Shown: piece after piece, positions 21,234-32,498 of the stretch | How the letters are laid out: every line of letters starts with the position of its first letter | How positions within the stretch are numbered: position 1 is the first letter of the stretch | From: an uncultured archaeon | Lineage (GTDB): Archaea; Thermoproteota; Bathyarchaeia; Bathyarchaeales; Bathycorpusculaceae | Length of the DNA stretch: 64,000 nt | Assembly: GCA_963782915.1 (NCBI GenBank) | Contig: CAWALK010000015.1 | Coordinates: 32,001-96,000, forward strand | Direction: 5' to 3' | Made by a program: the position numbers and the translations under genes | Notes under the pieces: generated by a model | Database searches by the model: none | What the model was told of the DNA's origin: nothing | Seen by the model: the letters and a program-made list of their open reading frames with translations, nothing else

Positions 21234-22862
21234 TTAAGAAATGGAGGCTTTGGGCTTGCCAAGCTTTCTGTTGATGCATGCTTGGATGAAGCCAAAGTAT
21301 TCGGGTGATGGTCTGCCTGGGCGGCTTTTGAATTCGCCGTGGAATTGGCTGGCAAAATAGAAGTATTTGTCGGGCAACTCCATGGTTTCCATTCTTCTGC
21401 CGTCGGTGCTTTTGCCGGTGAAGCATAAGCCGCCGTTTTTGAGTGCTTCGATGTAGTCTAAGTTGACTTCGAAGCGGTGGCGGTGGCGTTCATGAATTTC
21501 TTCTTCACCGAACATTTTTTCGGCTAAGCTGCCTTTCTGGAGCATCACTTTGTGTGCGCCCAACCGCATGGTTGCACCCTTGATTTCTATGCCGCGTTGT
21601 TCAGGCATTAAATCGATGACTGGGTAGGGTGAGTCTGGGTTGATTTCTGTGCTGTTTGCATCGGTTAAGCCGCAGACGTTTCTTGCGAATTCGATGACTG
21701 CCAGTTGGAAACCGTAGCATATGCCAAGGAAGGGTATGTCGTTTTCTCTTGCGTACTTGGCTGCTGCAATCTTGCCCTCTGTGCCTCTTGGACCAAAACC
21801 GTATGGTACGAAGATGCCGTCATAGTTTGATAGGTCTTTGATGCATTCGGGTTCGCGTTCGAATTTTTCTGCTTCAAGGTAGCTTATGCAAACTTTTGTT
21901 TTGCATGCTGCACCGCCATGGCGGAGTGCTTCGGTCATGCTGACGTAACTGTCTGAGAGTCCCGCGTATTTGCCGACTAGGGCAATTTTTACTTCGTGCT
22001 CGGGGTTTACCATGCCGTCGACGAATATTTGCCATTCACTGAAATCTTTGGTGTCGCATTTTAAGCCTAAGCGTTGGCAGATGAAGTCACCCATGCCCTG
22101 CTTGTCGAGGATTAATGGGACTTGATAGACTGTTTCTGCATTGTATGAACAGAAAACTGAGCTTTCAGGTATGGTGCCGAATAGGGCGATTTTTCGCAGT
22201 GCCTCAGCATCAATCATTTGTGGGCTGCGGGCAACGATTGTGTCGGGTTGGATACCGATGCGTCGTAGTTCGTTGACGCTGTGTTGAAGCGGTTTAGTTT
22301 TCATTTCGCCGGTAACATCTAAAATTGGCACAAGTGCCACATGGACATAGAGCGTGTTTTCGTAGCCTTCTTCAACGCGCATCTGGCGGATGGCTTCAAG
22401 GAATGGTAAGCCTTCGATGTCGCCGACAGTGCCGCCTACTTCGGTGAGGACGATGTCTGCGTTGACGGATTTGCCCGCGTTTCTGATGCGGTTCTTTATT
22501 TCGTTAGTGATATGAGGGACAATTTGGACGCATCTGCCTAAGAAGTCGCCGTGGCGTTCCTTCTCGATTACACTTCGGTAGATGGTGCCGGTGGTTAAGT
22601 TGTTATCCTGTTTGAGGCTTAAGTCTAAAAAGCGTTCATACCAGCCTAAGTCTAGGTCGGTTTCGCCGCCGTCATCGGTGACGAAGACTTCGCCATGCAT
22701 ATACGGGTTCATCGTACCCGCATCGATGTTAACGTATGGATCAATTTTGATTACGGTGGGTTTTAGTCCTCTTGCCTGCAACATTTTTCCGATGGAGGAA
22801 GTTAAAATTCCCTTGCCAACTGAGCTTAAAACGCCGCCGGTTACGAAAATGTACTTAACCAT
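21234..22862 (-). CDS. pyrG: CTP synthase
   Basis: KYIFVTGGVLSSVGKG, DPYVNIDAGTM, GGTVGDIE, GICYG, ERHRHRFEVN, QFHGEF. Confidence 0.98.
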   Translation of the reverse strand: MVKYIFVTGGVLSSVGKGILTSSIGKMLQARGLKPTVIKIDPYVNIDAGTMNPYMHGEVFVTDDGGETDLDLGWYERFLDLSLKQDNNLTTGTIYRSVIEKERHGDFLGRCVQIVPHITNEIKNRIRNAGKSVNADIVLTEVGGTVGDIEGLPFLEAIRQMRVEEGYENTLYVHVALVPILDVTGEMKTKPLQHSVNELRRIGIQPDTIVARSPQMIDAEALRKIALFGTIPESSVFCSYNAETVYQVPLILDKQGMGDFICQRLGLKCDTKDFSEWQIFVDGMVNPEHEVKIALVGKYAGLSDSYVSMTEALRHGGAACKTKVCISYLEAEKFEREPECIKDLSNYDGIFVPYGFGPRGTEGKIAAAKYARENDIPFLGICYGFQLAVIEFARNVCGLTDANSTEINPDSPYPVIDLMPEQRGIEIKGATMRLGAHKVMLQKGSLAEKMFGEEEIHERHRHRFEVNLDYIEALKNGGLCFTGKSTDGRRMETMELPDKYFYFASQFHGEFKSRPGRPSPEYFGFIQACINRKLGKPKASIS

Positions 22863-22973
22863 TAGTTTCCCCGCATTAGCCTACAACTTTCATACGAACT
22901 TAATATAACTCTTTTGTGTGCATAGCTCAGAAAATGAGCAATCCAACACAAATAATCCCAAACTAAAGTGGGG

Positions 22974-23324
22974 TTATTGGGGTGGCGCTTGCCTGTATCT
23001 GCGGTTGCGCCTTAAACCAAGCAAAAGAATCCACAGCCCAATTAGGACAAGTACTATGGGCCAGAAGTAGGTCCAGAATAGGGTAAAGCCTGTTAATGCT
23101 GCTATGCCGATGATTACGATGAATAATCCTGCGATTAAAAGTCCAAAGCCGCCTCCGCCCTGTCGATGTCGGTATCCTTCGTTGTAGTAGTGCCTATGTT
23201 CATAGGGCGTGTAGGGTCTGCTCTCTTGTTGGTTGAGTGGTGCCCCACAATTCGAACAGTTAGCGGATGTATCAGGGTTAAGTGTGCCGCATCTTGAGCA
23301 ATAAACCAAATCGATTTCTCCCAA
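22974..23324 (-). CDS. Zinc-ribbon membrane protein
   Basis: CSRCG...CSNCG zinc ribbon followed by two TM helices with FWPIVLVLIG. Confidence 0.8.
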   Translation of the reverse strand: MGEIDLVYCSRCGTLNPDTSANCSNCGAPLNQQESRPYTPYEHRHYYNEGYRHRQGGGGFGLLIAGLFIVIIGIAALTGFTLFWTYFWPIVLVLIGLWILLLGLRRNRRYRQAPPQ

Positions 23325-23451
23325 GTACCAACTTAGAAACTCTTATGCTCATAAGATTTTTGGTAACATCACAAATGACGGCGCTAAATCGTATGTTGCG
23401 TACATAACAACTATAAATCACGCCTGCAATAGCATATCGTGGTGACTCTAA

Positions 23452-23685
23452 ATGCCACAAGCCTTTGTACTAATTAACGTTGAATCAGGCGCAGAAGAGG
23501 AAGTTGTCAGTCAGCTTAAAAAAATCGAGGGTGTCGAAGAAGCCTACTTTTCATATGGTGTCTATGACATTATCAGTAAAGTTAAAGCTGAATCGATGGA
23601 GAAACTCAAGGACCTAGTGACCCGCAAGATTCGTACTCTTAATCGGGTTCGGTCAACTTTAACGTTGATTATGATGGAAGAGTAA
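23452..23685 (+). CDS. Stand-alone Lrp/AsnC ligand-binding (RAM) domain protein
   Basis: AFVLINVESG..EEVV..LKKIEGVEEAY..YGVYDII.KV; no HTH. Confidence 0.92.
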   Translation: MPQAFVLINVESGAEEEVVSQLKKIEGVEEAYFSYGVYDIISKVKAESMEKLKDLVTRKIRTLNRVRSTLTLIMMEE

Positions 23686-23770
23686 GCGCCTTCCAAATGC
23701 TTTCTTAATTATTTTTTGTTTTTACAATTATCCGTCAGTTTTATATGTTTAAACATTCAAACAAATTATT

Positions 23771-24457
23771 ATGCAAACCAAGCATATTTCCGCCTTAGTT
23801 GCAGTATTTCTTGTTTTAAGCCTTGTTTCACTGGTGTCTGCTGCTGAATTATCGATTGGCGTTCAAGGCGGCGACTGGATAGAATACAACGTAACCTCCA
23901 CGGGTGCACCATTGCAGGGACATGATGTTCAATGGGCACGCATGACAGTTCTCAGCGAAGAAAACCCAACCATCGACGTCTCAATAACCTCAATTTTCAC
24001 AGATGGCTCCAACGACACAACGGCGTACACCCTCAATTTGCAAACCGGCCATTTGATTGATGACTTCATAATCCCATCTAACCTCAAAGTCGGCGACACT
24101 TTTGTCGATGAAAATCTCGGCAACGTAACCATCACCCAAACAGCAGTGCAAACTTATGCAGGTGCAGAAAGAACCGTCGTATCAGCTACAGTAGGAAACA
24201 ACACCTATGTTTGGGATCAAGCAACAGGTGTAAGCGTAGAAGGAACATCGCAAACCAGCGAATACACCATTCACTCTGTGGTTTCCGCTACTAACATGTG
24301 GCAGCCCACATCAGCGCAGAATTCTGCCATTGAATCAGTGCTTGTAGTTACAGCTGTCCTATTCATCATTGTGCTTATAGCGATCACTGGTATTGCACGG
24401 TATCGACAAAAAATAGTTATCGAAAAACAGTTAGTGGCCGCAGAGAGTCTTGATTAA
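23771..24457 (+). CDS. Secreted, C-terminally anchored hypothetical protein
   Basis: Signal peptide, GVQGGDWIEYNV, IPSNLKVGD, WDQATGV, TM tail. Confidence 0.75.
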   Translation: MQTKHISALVAVFLVLSLVSLVSAAELSIGVQGGDWIEYNVTSTGAPLQGHDVQWARMTVLSEENPTIDVSITSIFTDGSNDTTAYTLNLQTGHLIDDFIIPSNLKVGDTFVDENLGNVTITQTAVQTYAGAERTVVSATVGNNTYVWDQATGVSVEGTSQTSEYTIHSVVSATNMWQPTSAQNSAIESVLVVTAVLFIIVLIAITGIARYRQKIVIEKQLVAAESLD

Positions 24458-24502
24458 GCCTTAAATGGTTAGGCACTAACCTTAAGCAAGGCTCGACAAC
24501 GT

Positions 24503-25562
24503 ATGGAACCCGCGAAGAAACCCCTGCAATCAAAACCGATACTGATTGTTCTAGTAGCGGGTTTAATCGCGTTTTTACTCTACATATTCTTCTACGTTAA
24601 CCCCGCCCAAGTCGCACAGATACTCTCACAAACCAACTTGGCAATCTACTCAACCGCCTTCATAGCTTTCACGTTAAACACGGTTTTTTCTTCGCTAGTC
24701 TGGTATCGACTCCTAAACAGCCTATCCGTAAATGTACCCAGACGCAAAACGTTTCTCTACACATGGGTCGGTTTATTCTTCGAAGCCACCGTACCCCAGT
24801 TGGGTTGGTCAGGCGAAGTCTCCAAAACATACATGTTAACTCAAGGATACCAGCGTTGATGTTGGAAAAGTCGGGGCATCGGTTGTTTGGCAAAAAATCT
24901 TCAACATGACCCTCACCGTTGCCATGCTAAGCATAGGCTTGGGGCTGGTGCTTTTTAACTATGAGTTACAGCCTTTGGCGGCTATACTGATTAGCATTGT
25001 TTTGGCGCTCTCTATTTTAACCGTGGCTGTAGTTTACTATGTCAGCTTGAAACCTGCGGCTACAAAGACTCTTCTCGGCTGGGCAGTAAAAGCGATCAAG
25101 TTTTTCCGTAAAAGCTGGAACCCCGAAGGCTTCCTCATAAAAGCTGAGGGTTTGCTGGGTAACTTCCACCTCGGAGTCGCCGAGTTAAAGGCTAAACCTA
25201 AAGCGTTGATTTTACCTATGATTTATTCGGTTATCAGTTTTGCTTTGGAGGTTGCAGTGTTTTTCATAACGTTTGCAGCCCTGGGGCAGCCGATACGTGT
25301 AGATGCGATATTCATCGTGTTTACTTTGACGGGGGTTTTGCAGACGGCGGGCGTGGCGTTTTTTGGTTTTCCAGAGTTAGTAATGACCATAACGTTAACG
25401 GCACTCAACATTAGCCCTGACGTTGCGGTGTCTGTTGCGTTGTTAACACGGGTTGTTAATTTGTGGTTCCGGCTCATTGTTTCCTACGTGGCGTTGCAGT
25501 GGGCAGGCGTCAAAATAATGCGGCAAAACAAGACAAAACAACAAGTTATCCCTGCCATTTAG
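24503..25562 (+). CDS. Lysylphosphatidylglycerol synthase TM / UPF0104 flippase-like protein (frameshift near 24845)
   Basis: Multi-TM; W..LL, GLFFEATVP...SGEVSK, G.PEL.M, VALLTRVVNLW. Confidence 0.8.
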
Positions 25563-25664
25563 GGCTTAAACACTTGTCTAAACCGCATGTTATGAAGGGT
25601 TGCTTGGTTGCTCATAGGAAACATTTTAAATGAACTCCATACCTAATATTATCAGAGGATCATT

Positions 25665-25904
25665 ATGCCTACAGCGTTTGTGTTGATAAATACCGAGATA
25701 GGCTCTGAATCGGACGTTCTAAAGGAGCTGAAGAAAGTTGAAGGCGTTGAGGAAGCATCAGCCGTCTACGGAGTATACGACATCGTAGCAAGAGTTAAAG
25801 CCGAAACGATGGATAAACTCAAAGAAATAGTCACTTGGAGAATCCGGCGACTCGACAAGGTCCGCTCGACACTCACAATGATTGTCGTAGAAGACAAACC
25901 ATAA
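25665..25904 (+). CDS. Stand-alone Lrp/AsnC ligand-binding (RAM) domain protein
   Basis: MPTAFVLINTEIG...YGVYDIVARV...IRRLDKVRSTLTMIV. Confidence 0.92.
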   Translation: MPTAFVLINTEIGSESDVLKELKKVEGVEEASAVYGVYDIVARVKAETMDKLKEIVTWRIRRLDKVRSTLTMIVVEDKP

Positions 25905-26088
25905 ATTATTTCTTTTCTTTCCAACTTCTTTTAAAGTCTGATTTTTAGGTTTTATTTAAAAACCGCCAAATAGTCTAGAGAATACGTTTTAGACGTCGAG
26001 TTAGCGGTTGTGACTGTACTGGCACAATCACACAGTTTTATATTTTTTTCAGGCGAAATAGAGGCTGTGCGTCAGAACTGGTGAAAAA

Positions 26089-26238
26089 ATGAAAACAAAC
26101 TTGCATACCCAACACATGCAAAGGCAAGCGGCAATGGCCAGCGGATGCACCCAATTTTTATTCGGTTGGCCAAAGAGGCTTGGCAACACACATAACCTTT
26201 TTGCGTTCCCCTTGAACGAAGAGCACCCAAGCTTCTGA
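26089..26238 (+). CDS. Possible 49-aa small ORF/leader peptide
   Basis: GGTGA-N4-ATG; MKTNLHTQHMQRQAAMASGCTQFLFGWPKRLGNTHNLFAFPLNEEHPSF*. Confidence 0.35.
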   Translation: MKTNLHTQHMQRQAAMASGCTQFLFGWPKRLGNTHNLFAFPLNEEHPSF

Positions 26239-26273
26239 GGCTAACCATCCCCCCTCAAATTAATGGAGAAAAA

Positions 26274-26588
26274 ATGTTTATGCCAACAGCTTATGTCCTT
26301 TTGAACACGGAAATCGGAGCCGAAAACCAAGTTTTAAGAGCGCTAAAAGAAATGGATTGCGTTGAAGAAGCTTATCATCTTTGGGGAGTCTACGACATCA
26401 TCGCCAACATAACCGCAAATAACATGAACGAACTCAAAGACATCATAACTAACCGTATCGATGGAATCGGCCAAATCAACTCAAAATTAACGATGATAGT
26501 TTCCGATAAAGCCCCAGTGGTTTTCCCCAATAGAGCCGAATCGGAACACGGCCTTATCGATCGTGAACCAATGTCAGTGTATGCTTAG
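26274..26588 (+). CDS. Stand-alone Lrp/AsnC RAM domain protein with C-terminal extension
   Basis: MPTAYVLLNTEIG..LWGVYDIIA...SKLTMIV plus ~25 extra residues. Confidence 0.88.
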   Translation: MFMPTAYVLLNTEIGAENQVLRALKEMDCVEEAYHLWGVYDIIANITANNMNELKDIITNRIDGIGQINSKLTMIVSDKAPVVFPNRAESEHGLIDREPMSVYA

Positions 26589-26644
26589 AACCGCATTTTA
26601 GCGGACAATACTTTTTACCTTCCCTCCACCTTCTCTATTTCTAC

Positions 26645-28007
26645 GTGGAGCGCAATTATCCCTTGACTACATTGCAGACTATGCATATTGGCTTAGATGA
26701 CACTGACTCAACCAAGGGAGGCTGCACAACATACCTCACAGCTGTGCTTATTGAGGAACTCAAAAAATTCAACGTAGAATTCATCGATTATCCCGGTTTG
26801 ATTAGGCTTAACCCGAATGTGCCCTGGAAGACCCGCGGAAACGGCGCATTATGCTTACGATTCACATACAACCCAGAGTTCGAAGAGCAAATCAAAGAAA
26901 CCGCAACCGCACTTTGGGAAGCCCATTCTGCGGTGAAAGAAAAAGGCACAGACCCCGGCATAGTCTTCTACAAAGGCGACGTTGTACCGGACGAGTTAAC
27001 GGCTTTTTCTAAAAAAACCGAAACAACCATCGTAACCCTCAAAGAAGCCATGGCACTCATCAAAAAATACGGTGCAGAAGCCATAGGCTACAATTCGTGC
27101 CGAGGCATCATCGGCTCGTTAGCAGCCATCGGCGAAACACTGAATTGTGATTACACTTACGAACTCATCGCGTACCGCACCCCCGAAAACTTGGGCACAG
27201 TCAGACGTGTGGATGAAGCGTCGATTTTTGAGATGGACAAACAAACCCAGCCCTACACATTCAACAATGTTGATGTAGAGAAGGGCAGAGTGATAATTAC
27301 GCCCAGAGGACCCGACCCAATCCTGTTTGGCATACAGAGGCGAAACAGCGGAAATCGTAAAAAAAGCATTCAGCTTAGTGAAGCCACTGGAGCCGGTTGA
27401 GCGTTGGGTGATTTTCCGTAGCAACCAGGGCACAGATGCACATCTAAAACCTGTGGCTAAGTTAAGCGATGTTGAGCCTTACTGTTCGGTAATCGCCAAA
27501 GGGACAGTTTCGCAGAACCCTCGTGTGGTTCCTTTGCGTCATATTATCTTCTCTATCAAGGATGACTCGGCGGAAGTGGATTGCGCTGCCTATGAACCAA
27601 CAGGGGATCTGCGCAAAATCGCAAGAGAACTCATGATTGGCGATACCATAGACGTCTGCGGTGCAACACACAAAGCCACAGAGACAAAACCCTTAACGAT
27701 AAACCTTGAAAAAATCACCATCCAAACTCTAATACAGAAATTAGAAACTGAAAATCCAATGTGCCCAACCTGCGGCAAACACCTCAAATCCATGGGTAAA
27801 AACCAAGGGTTCCGCTGCGAGAAATGCGGCGGCAAATACGCTGACCTAAAAAAGAAGGAGTCTACCGTACCGCGGTCGGTTGAAGTGGGGTTGTATATTA
27901 CTTCAACTCGTTCACAGAGACATCTGACTAAGCCCCTAAGACGCTATGGGCAAGAAAAAACCGACGCATCCACCAATCGTTTAATCGATGAGTGGCATTT
28001 TCCTTAA
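26645..28007 (+). CDS. tiaS: tRNA(Ile2) 2-agmatinylcytidine synthetase (frameshift near 27330)
   Basis: IGLDDTDS..GGCTT, RLNPNVPWKTRGN, PRGPDPILFGI, SNQGTDAHL, AAYEPT, CPTCG..CEKC zinc ribbon, RHLTKPL. Confidence 0.95.
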
Positions 28008-28096
28008 CACCAAACCGAAATCTATTTTGAAATCCTTTAAATCCGACAAACCCATAAACCACTCCAACAACAAGCGGCTAAAAGAGGCACCATCAC

Positions 28097-30909
28097 ATGG
28101 TTGAAAAATCGTTCCCAGCAGAAGCTTATCAACTTCCATTCTTCAAACAAGAAGGCTTTGTCAGAAAACATTGCCCAAAATGCGGCGAATGGTTCTGGAC
28201 ACAAAACCAGAGTCAAGAAACCTGCGGCGAATCCGGCAGCGATGAATGCGGATGCTACAATTTCCTTGGCAACCCCGCCACAAAAAAGAAGTTCACCCTC
28301 CCAGAGATGCGCGAGGCATTCTTATCGTTCTTTGAGAAAAACGGGCACACACGCATAAAACCCTATCCAGTTGTTGCGCGTTGGAGAAAAGACATCTACC
28401 TCACCCATGCAAGCATCATCGATTTTCAACCCTATGTAACCGAAGGAATTTCGCCTCCACCAGCAAATCCACTGGTTATTTCGCAGCCTTCAATCAGATT
28501 AACTGACATCGCTAATACAGGTCCTACCTTTGGTCGACACCTAACCATTTTTGAAATGGGCGGTGCTCATGCATTCAACTATCCAGACAAAGAAGTCTAT
28601 TGGAAAGATGACACCGTACGATTCCACCAGCGTTTCTGTACTGAAGCGCTGGGAATCGCCTCAGATGCCGTGACCTATAAGGAAAGTGTTTGGGTTGGCG
28701 GAGGTAACGCGGGTCCAGCGGTAGAATGTATCGTTGGCGGAATAGAAGTTGGTACACTTGTGTTCATGCAGTACAAGGTTGTCGGCGACGAGTTTGTGCA
28801 GTTGCCAATTCGCACAGTCGATACTGGGTATGGCATTGAACGGTTCACTTGGATTAGTCAGGGCGTCCCAAGTCTTTTCCAGGCAGTCTACGGCGACTTG
28901 CTGGGCAAAGTCATGTCCATGGCAGGCATCACCGACATCGACAACGACTTCCTCGCAAGAGTAGCAAAATACTCAGGGCTTGTCAGCGTTGATAAACGCG
29001 CTAACCGCATGGTTGCACGCAGACGCGTCTCCGAATTAACAGGCATCGATTTACCCACACTCGAAAAAGTCCTCGTACCTATCGAGAACGCTTGGGCAGT
29101 AACAGACCACACAAAAACCCTAAGCTTCATGCTCTCAGAAGGTGTCGTCCCATCCAACATCCAAGAAGGCTACCTCGCAAGACTACTCTTCCGAAGAGTC
29201 TACCGCTTAATGCGTACACTCAACATGAACCCAGATGACCTCTACACAATCGTCGGATTGCAAGCGGATTACTGGGCAAAAGATTTCCCCCACATCAAAG
29301 CATTGCAGGGCGAAATCATTGAAATGCTCAAAGTCGAAGAAGAAAAATTCAAGGATACTCTCCTACGCGGCGAAGGCATGGTTAAACGCATCGCAGCTAG
29401 ACCTCAAATCCAAAGGCACAGGCAAACTCTCACCCGATACACTCGCCGAACTCTACGATTCCCACGGCTTACCACCAGAAATCGTGAAGCAAGCCGCCGA
29501 AAAAGAAGGCGTCGAAGTTGAGGTTCCAGAAAACTTTTATGCATTAATCGCAAGCCGACACATGGCAGCACCTAAACCAGTCGAGGAAGAAGACGCGAAA
29601 GCAGAGAAAACCCTTGAGGCAGAGGCTGAGAAGCTTCCCGCAACAGAGCCACTGTACTACGCAGACGTTTACCAACGTGAGTTTGACGCTAAAGTACTCA
29701 AAATCGTCGGAGACGTCTATGTCGTTTTAGAGGGGTCATGCTTCTATCCTGAAGGCGGTGGACAACCCTGCGATTTAGGCTGGATTACTGCAGACGGCAT
29801 CAAATATGAAGTTGTCGATGTGCAGAAAATCAGCAAAGTAATCGTACACAAACTCAAAGAACCAGCGCAGTTCAAGGAAGGCAGCACCGTCCATGGCATA
29901 TTGGATTGGGATAGACGCTACCAACTCATGAAATCCCACACAGTAACCCACCTAATCAACGGCGCAGCACGCAGAGTCCTAGGCGAACACGTCTGGCAAT
30001 CAGGCACACAGAAAGGTCTTGAAACCTCACGCCTCGACATCTCACATTACCGCAGACTCAGCCAAGAGGAAATCTTCAAAATCGAAACCTTAGCAAACCA
30101 AGCCATCGCAGCCAACATGAAAGTGGAAACCAAGTGGTACCCACGCAACGAAGCAGAATCAAAATATGGCTTCCGACTCTACCAAGGCGGCGCTGTTCCA
30201 GGAAAAGACATCCGCGTTGTCAAAACCGGCGACTGGGATGTTGAAGCATGCGCAGGCACACACTTGGGCACAACAAGCGAAGTCGGATTCGTAAAAATCG
30301 TATACACCGAACGGGTCCAAGACGGCGTTGAAAGATTAGGCTACGCTGTTGGGTTAAAAGCCCTCAAGGCAGTGCAAGACCAAGAAAGCCTTCTCGCAAA
30401 AGTCTCCGAGGTGCTCAATGCGCCAGTGGATAAGCTGGATAAGACCGCTGAGAAGGTCATGAAGGAATTCAAGGAAGCCCAAGTGGAGAAGCGCCGATTA
30501 ATCAAGGAGCTTGCAGCAAAAGAAAGCGCAGGCGTCGGCCAAGCCCAATCTGCTGAAGCAGCCCTCGAAGTAGACGGCATCGCAATCGTTAAACGGGATT
30601 TCGGCGAAATCATCGACGTCAACCGCATGGTACAAACCGCAACAGAAGTCATCAAACGCAACGAAGCCACCGTCACACTCTACTATGGCTCAGACGGCAA
30701 AACCTGCAGAATCATGATTATGGCAGGCGAAACCGCAACCAAAGAAGGGTGTTAACGCTGGCGGCATCGTCAAAGAAGTTGCCCCAATCTTCGGCGGCGG
30801 AGGCGGCGGAAGACCCAACTTTGCTCAGGGCGGCGGCACCAAATGCGACAAATTAGCTGACACCGTTGCAGCGGCTGAAGAAGCCGTAAAGAAGCAGCTG
30901 AAGCATTAA
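28097..30909 (+). CDS. alaS: Alanyl-tRNA synthetase, archaeal type (frameshifts near 29397 and 30745)
   Basis: YPVVARWR, GRHLTIFEM, VDTGYGIER, FYPEGGGQP, HTVTH editing motif, EACAGTH, GGGGGGRPNFAQGGG. Confidence 0.97.
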
Positions 30910-30984
30910 GCTTCTTTTCTCTCTTTGTTTTAGGGTTCACTTTTTATATTAGCCGCACCTAAGCATAGAAAAAGGTGATTTAGC

Positions 30985-31323
30985 TTGGACGCGTTCAAAC
31001 GGATAATTCTGCTCTCAGTGTTGGCTTCGCTTATTGCTTTGGCTTTTATTGCATATGTTGCCACGGACGCGATTCAGGGCGCTAAAATTCCAGACCAAGA
31101 ATACGGTGTAGTCACCTCGAAGGGTCCTGTTACTGATGGGCATGCAGCGGATTATGTGGTTACTATTTCGACGGGTAAAACGCTCTATATTCCAAGCAAC
31201 CAAACAATGTATACCTATCTTCAAGAGAATTCAAGTTACCTGTTTGATTGCAGAATTGACTTGATTGGTGATATGATAATTATCGATGGGGCCTCTCAGC
31301 CGCCTGGCCGAACCGTCACTTAA
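30985..31323 (+). CDS. Small membrane-anchored hypothetical protein
   Basis: GGTGA RBS + TTG start; N-terminal TM then a beta-rich domain. Confidence 0.65.
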   Translation: MDAFKRIILLSVLASLIALAFIAYVATDAIQGAKIPDQEYGVVTSKGPVTDGHAADYVVTISTGKTLYIPSNQTMYTYLQENSSYLFDCRIDLIGDMIIIDGASQPPGRTVT

Positions 31324-31500
31324 TATTAGGTAATTTTCATCATTCTTTTCTTGGATTGTTAATCTGCTGTCTGGTTTTTTGGCTGGTTGCTGGTTTTATG
31401 TGTTGTATGCTTTGTTTTGGGGTTGTTTTGGCAGAAAACTTATAAGCAACCAAGCACAGCTGTGCATTAGGTGAAGCGGTGCACAAGCACCAAAGCACTG

Positions 31501-31929
31501 GTGAATAAAATGCGCAGAAGCCTAACAGTAACACCCGAAAACGACAAAAAAATCCTGCTCACAAAAGGACGCTTCCTAACAGGAGACGAACCCTTCGACA
31601 TAGACTACACCACAATGGTCAACATTCTCATCGAACTCGGACACAAACTAATGTCACAAGCATGGACCGACAGCACAAACGCACAGATAATCGTCGACAA
31701 AAACGAAGTCGTAGAATCCTTCAAGAAGCACTTCTTCAACGCAGAACTCAAAGAAGAAGCCGTAGGAGACCAAGTCGCCGAAATCATATTCAAAAAAATA
31801 ATGGAACAATCCAACCTTGCTGGCACAAACGACCCAACACAACCACCTAAACAACTCCCAAACCTATCCGCGCCACACCCCGAAAACCCCGCTAAATCAG
31901 AGACAAAAAAACAGAAATATATCGCATAA
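31501..31929 (+). CDS. Hypothetical protein upstream of grpE (possible ribbon-helix-helix-like regulator; start uncertain)
   Basis: Co-oriented, stop 23 nt before grpE; MRRSLTVTPENDKKI...DYTTMVNILIELG beta-alpha-alpha-like pattern. Confidence 0.6.
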   Translation: MNKMRRSLTVTPENDKKILLTKGRFLTGDEPFDIDYTTMVNILIELGHKLMSQAWTDSTNAQIIVDKNEVVESFKKHFFNAELKEEAVGDQVAEIIFKKIMEQSNLAGTNDPTQPPKQLPNLSAPHPENPAKSETKKQKYIA

Positions 31930-31952
31930 CCTAGACAAGAAGGAAATGACTT

Positions 31953-32453
31953 ATGGTTGAAGACAAAGAACCTCAGGCGGTAGACTTCGAGAAAGAGCTC
32001 GAATCCGAAAGGAAACGCTCCGAAGATTACCTGACTAGGCTAAAGTATATGCAAGCAGACTTCGAAAACATCAAAAAACGCTTCGAAAGAGATACCGAAC
32101 AAATCAGAAGCTACTGCAGCGAACGCATCGTAACACAACTACTGGATGTCGTTGACGAGTTGGAGTTAGCAATCAAAGTTGCCAAATCAGCCGATGCCCC
32201 ACAGGCAACGCTCATCGAGGGTGTAGAGATGACTCTAAAGAAGCTTCGAAAGGTTCTTGAGCAAGAAGGCGTTTCACCAATAGAGTGCACAGTAGGCAAG
32301 GTTTTTGACCCCCGCTGCCATGACGCAATCGCCGCTGAAACCCGCGACGACATAGCGGAATGCACTGTTATTGAGGAAATCCGCAAGGGCTACCTTTTGC
32401 GGGATAAAGTTCTGCGCCCAACCATTGTACGGGTAGCTAAACCATCAAAGTAA
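31953..32453 (+). CDS. grpE: Nucleotide exchange factor GrpE
   Basis: ADFENIKKR, LLDVVDELE, GKVFDPRCHDA, KGYLLRDKVLRP. Confidence 0.96.
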   Translation: MVEDKEPQAVDFEKELESERKRSEDYLTRLKYMQADFENIKKRFERDTEQIRSYCSERIVTQLLDVVDELELAIKVAKSADAPQATLIEGVEMTLKKLRKVLEQEGVSPIECTVGKVFDPRCHDAIAAETRDDIAECTVIEEIRKGYLLRDKVLRPTIVRVAKPSK

Positions 32454-32498
32454 CAAAAACAAAAAATTGAAAATAACAAAAATAGGAGAAAAAAATAA

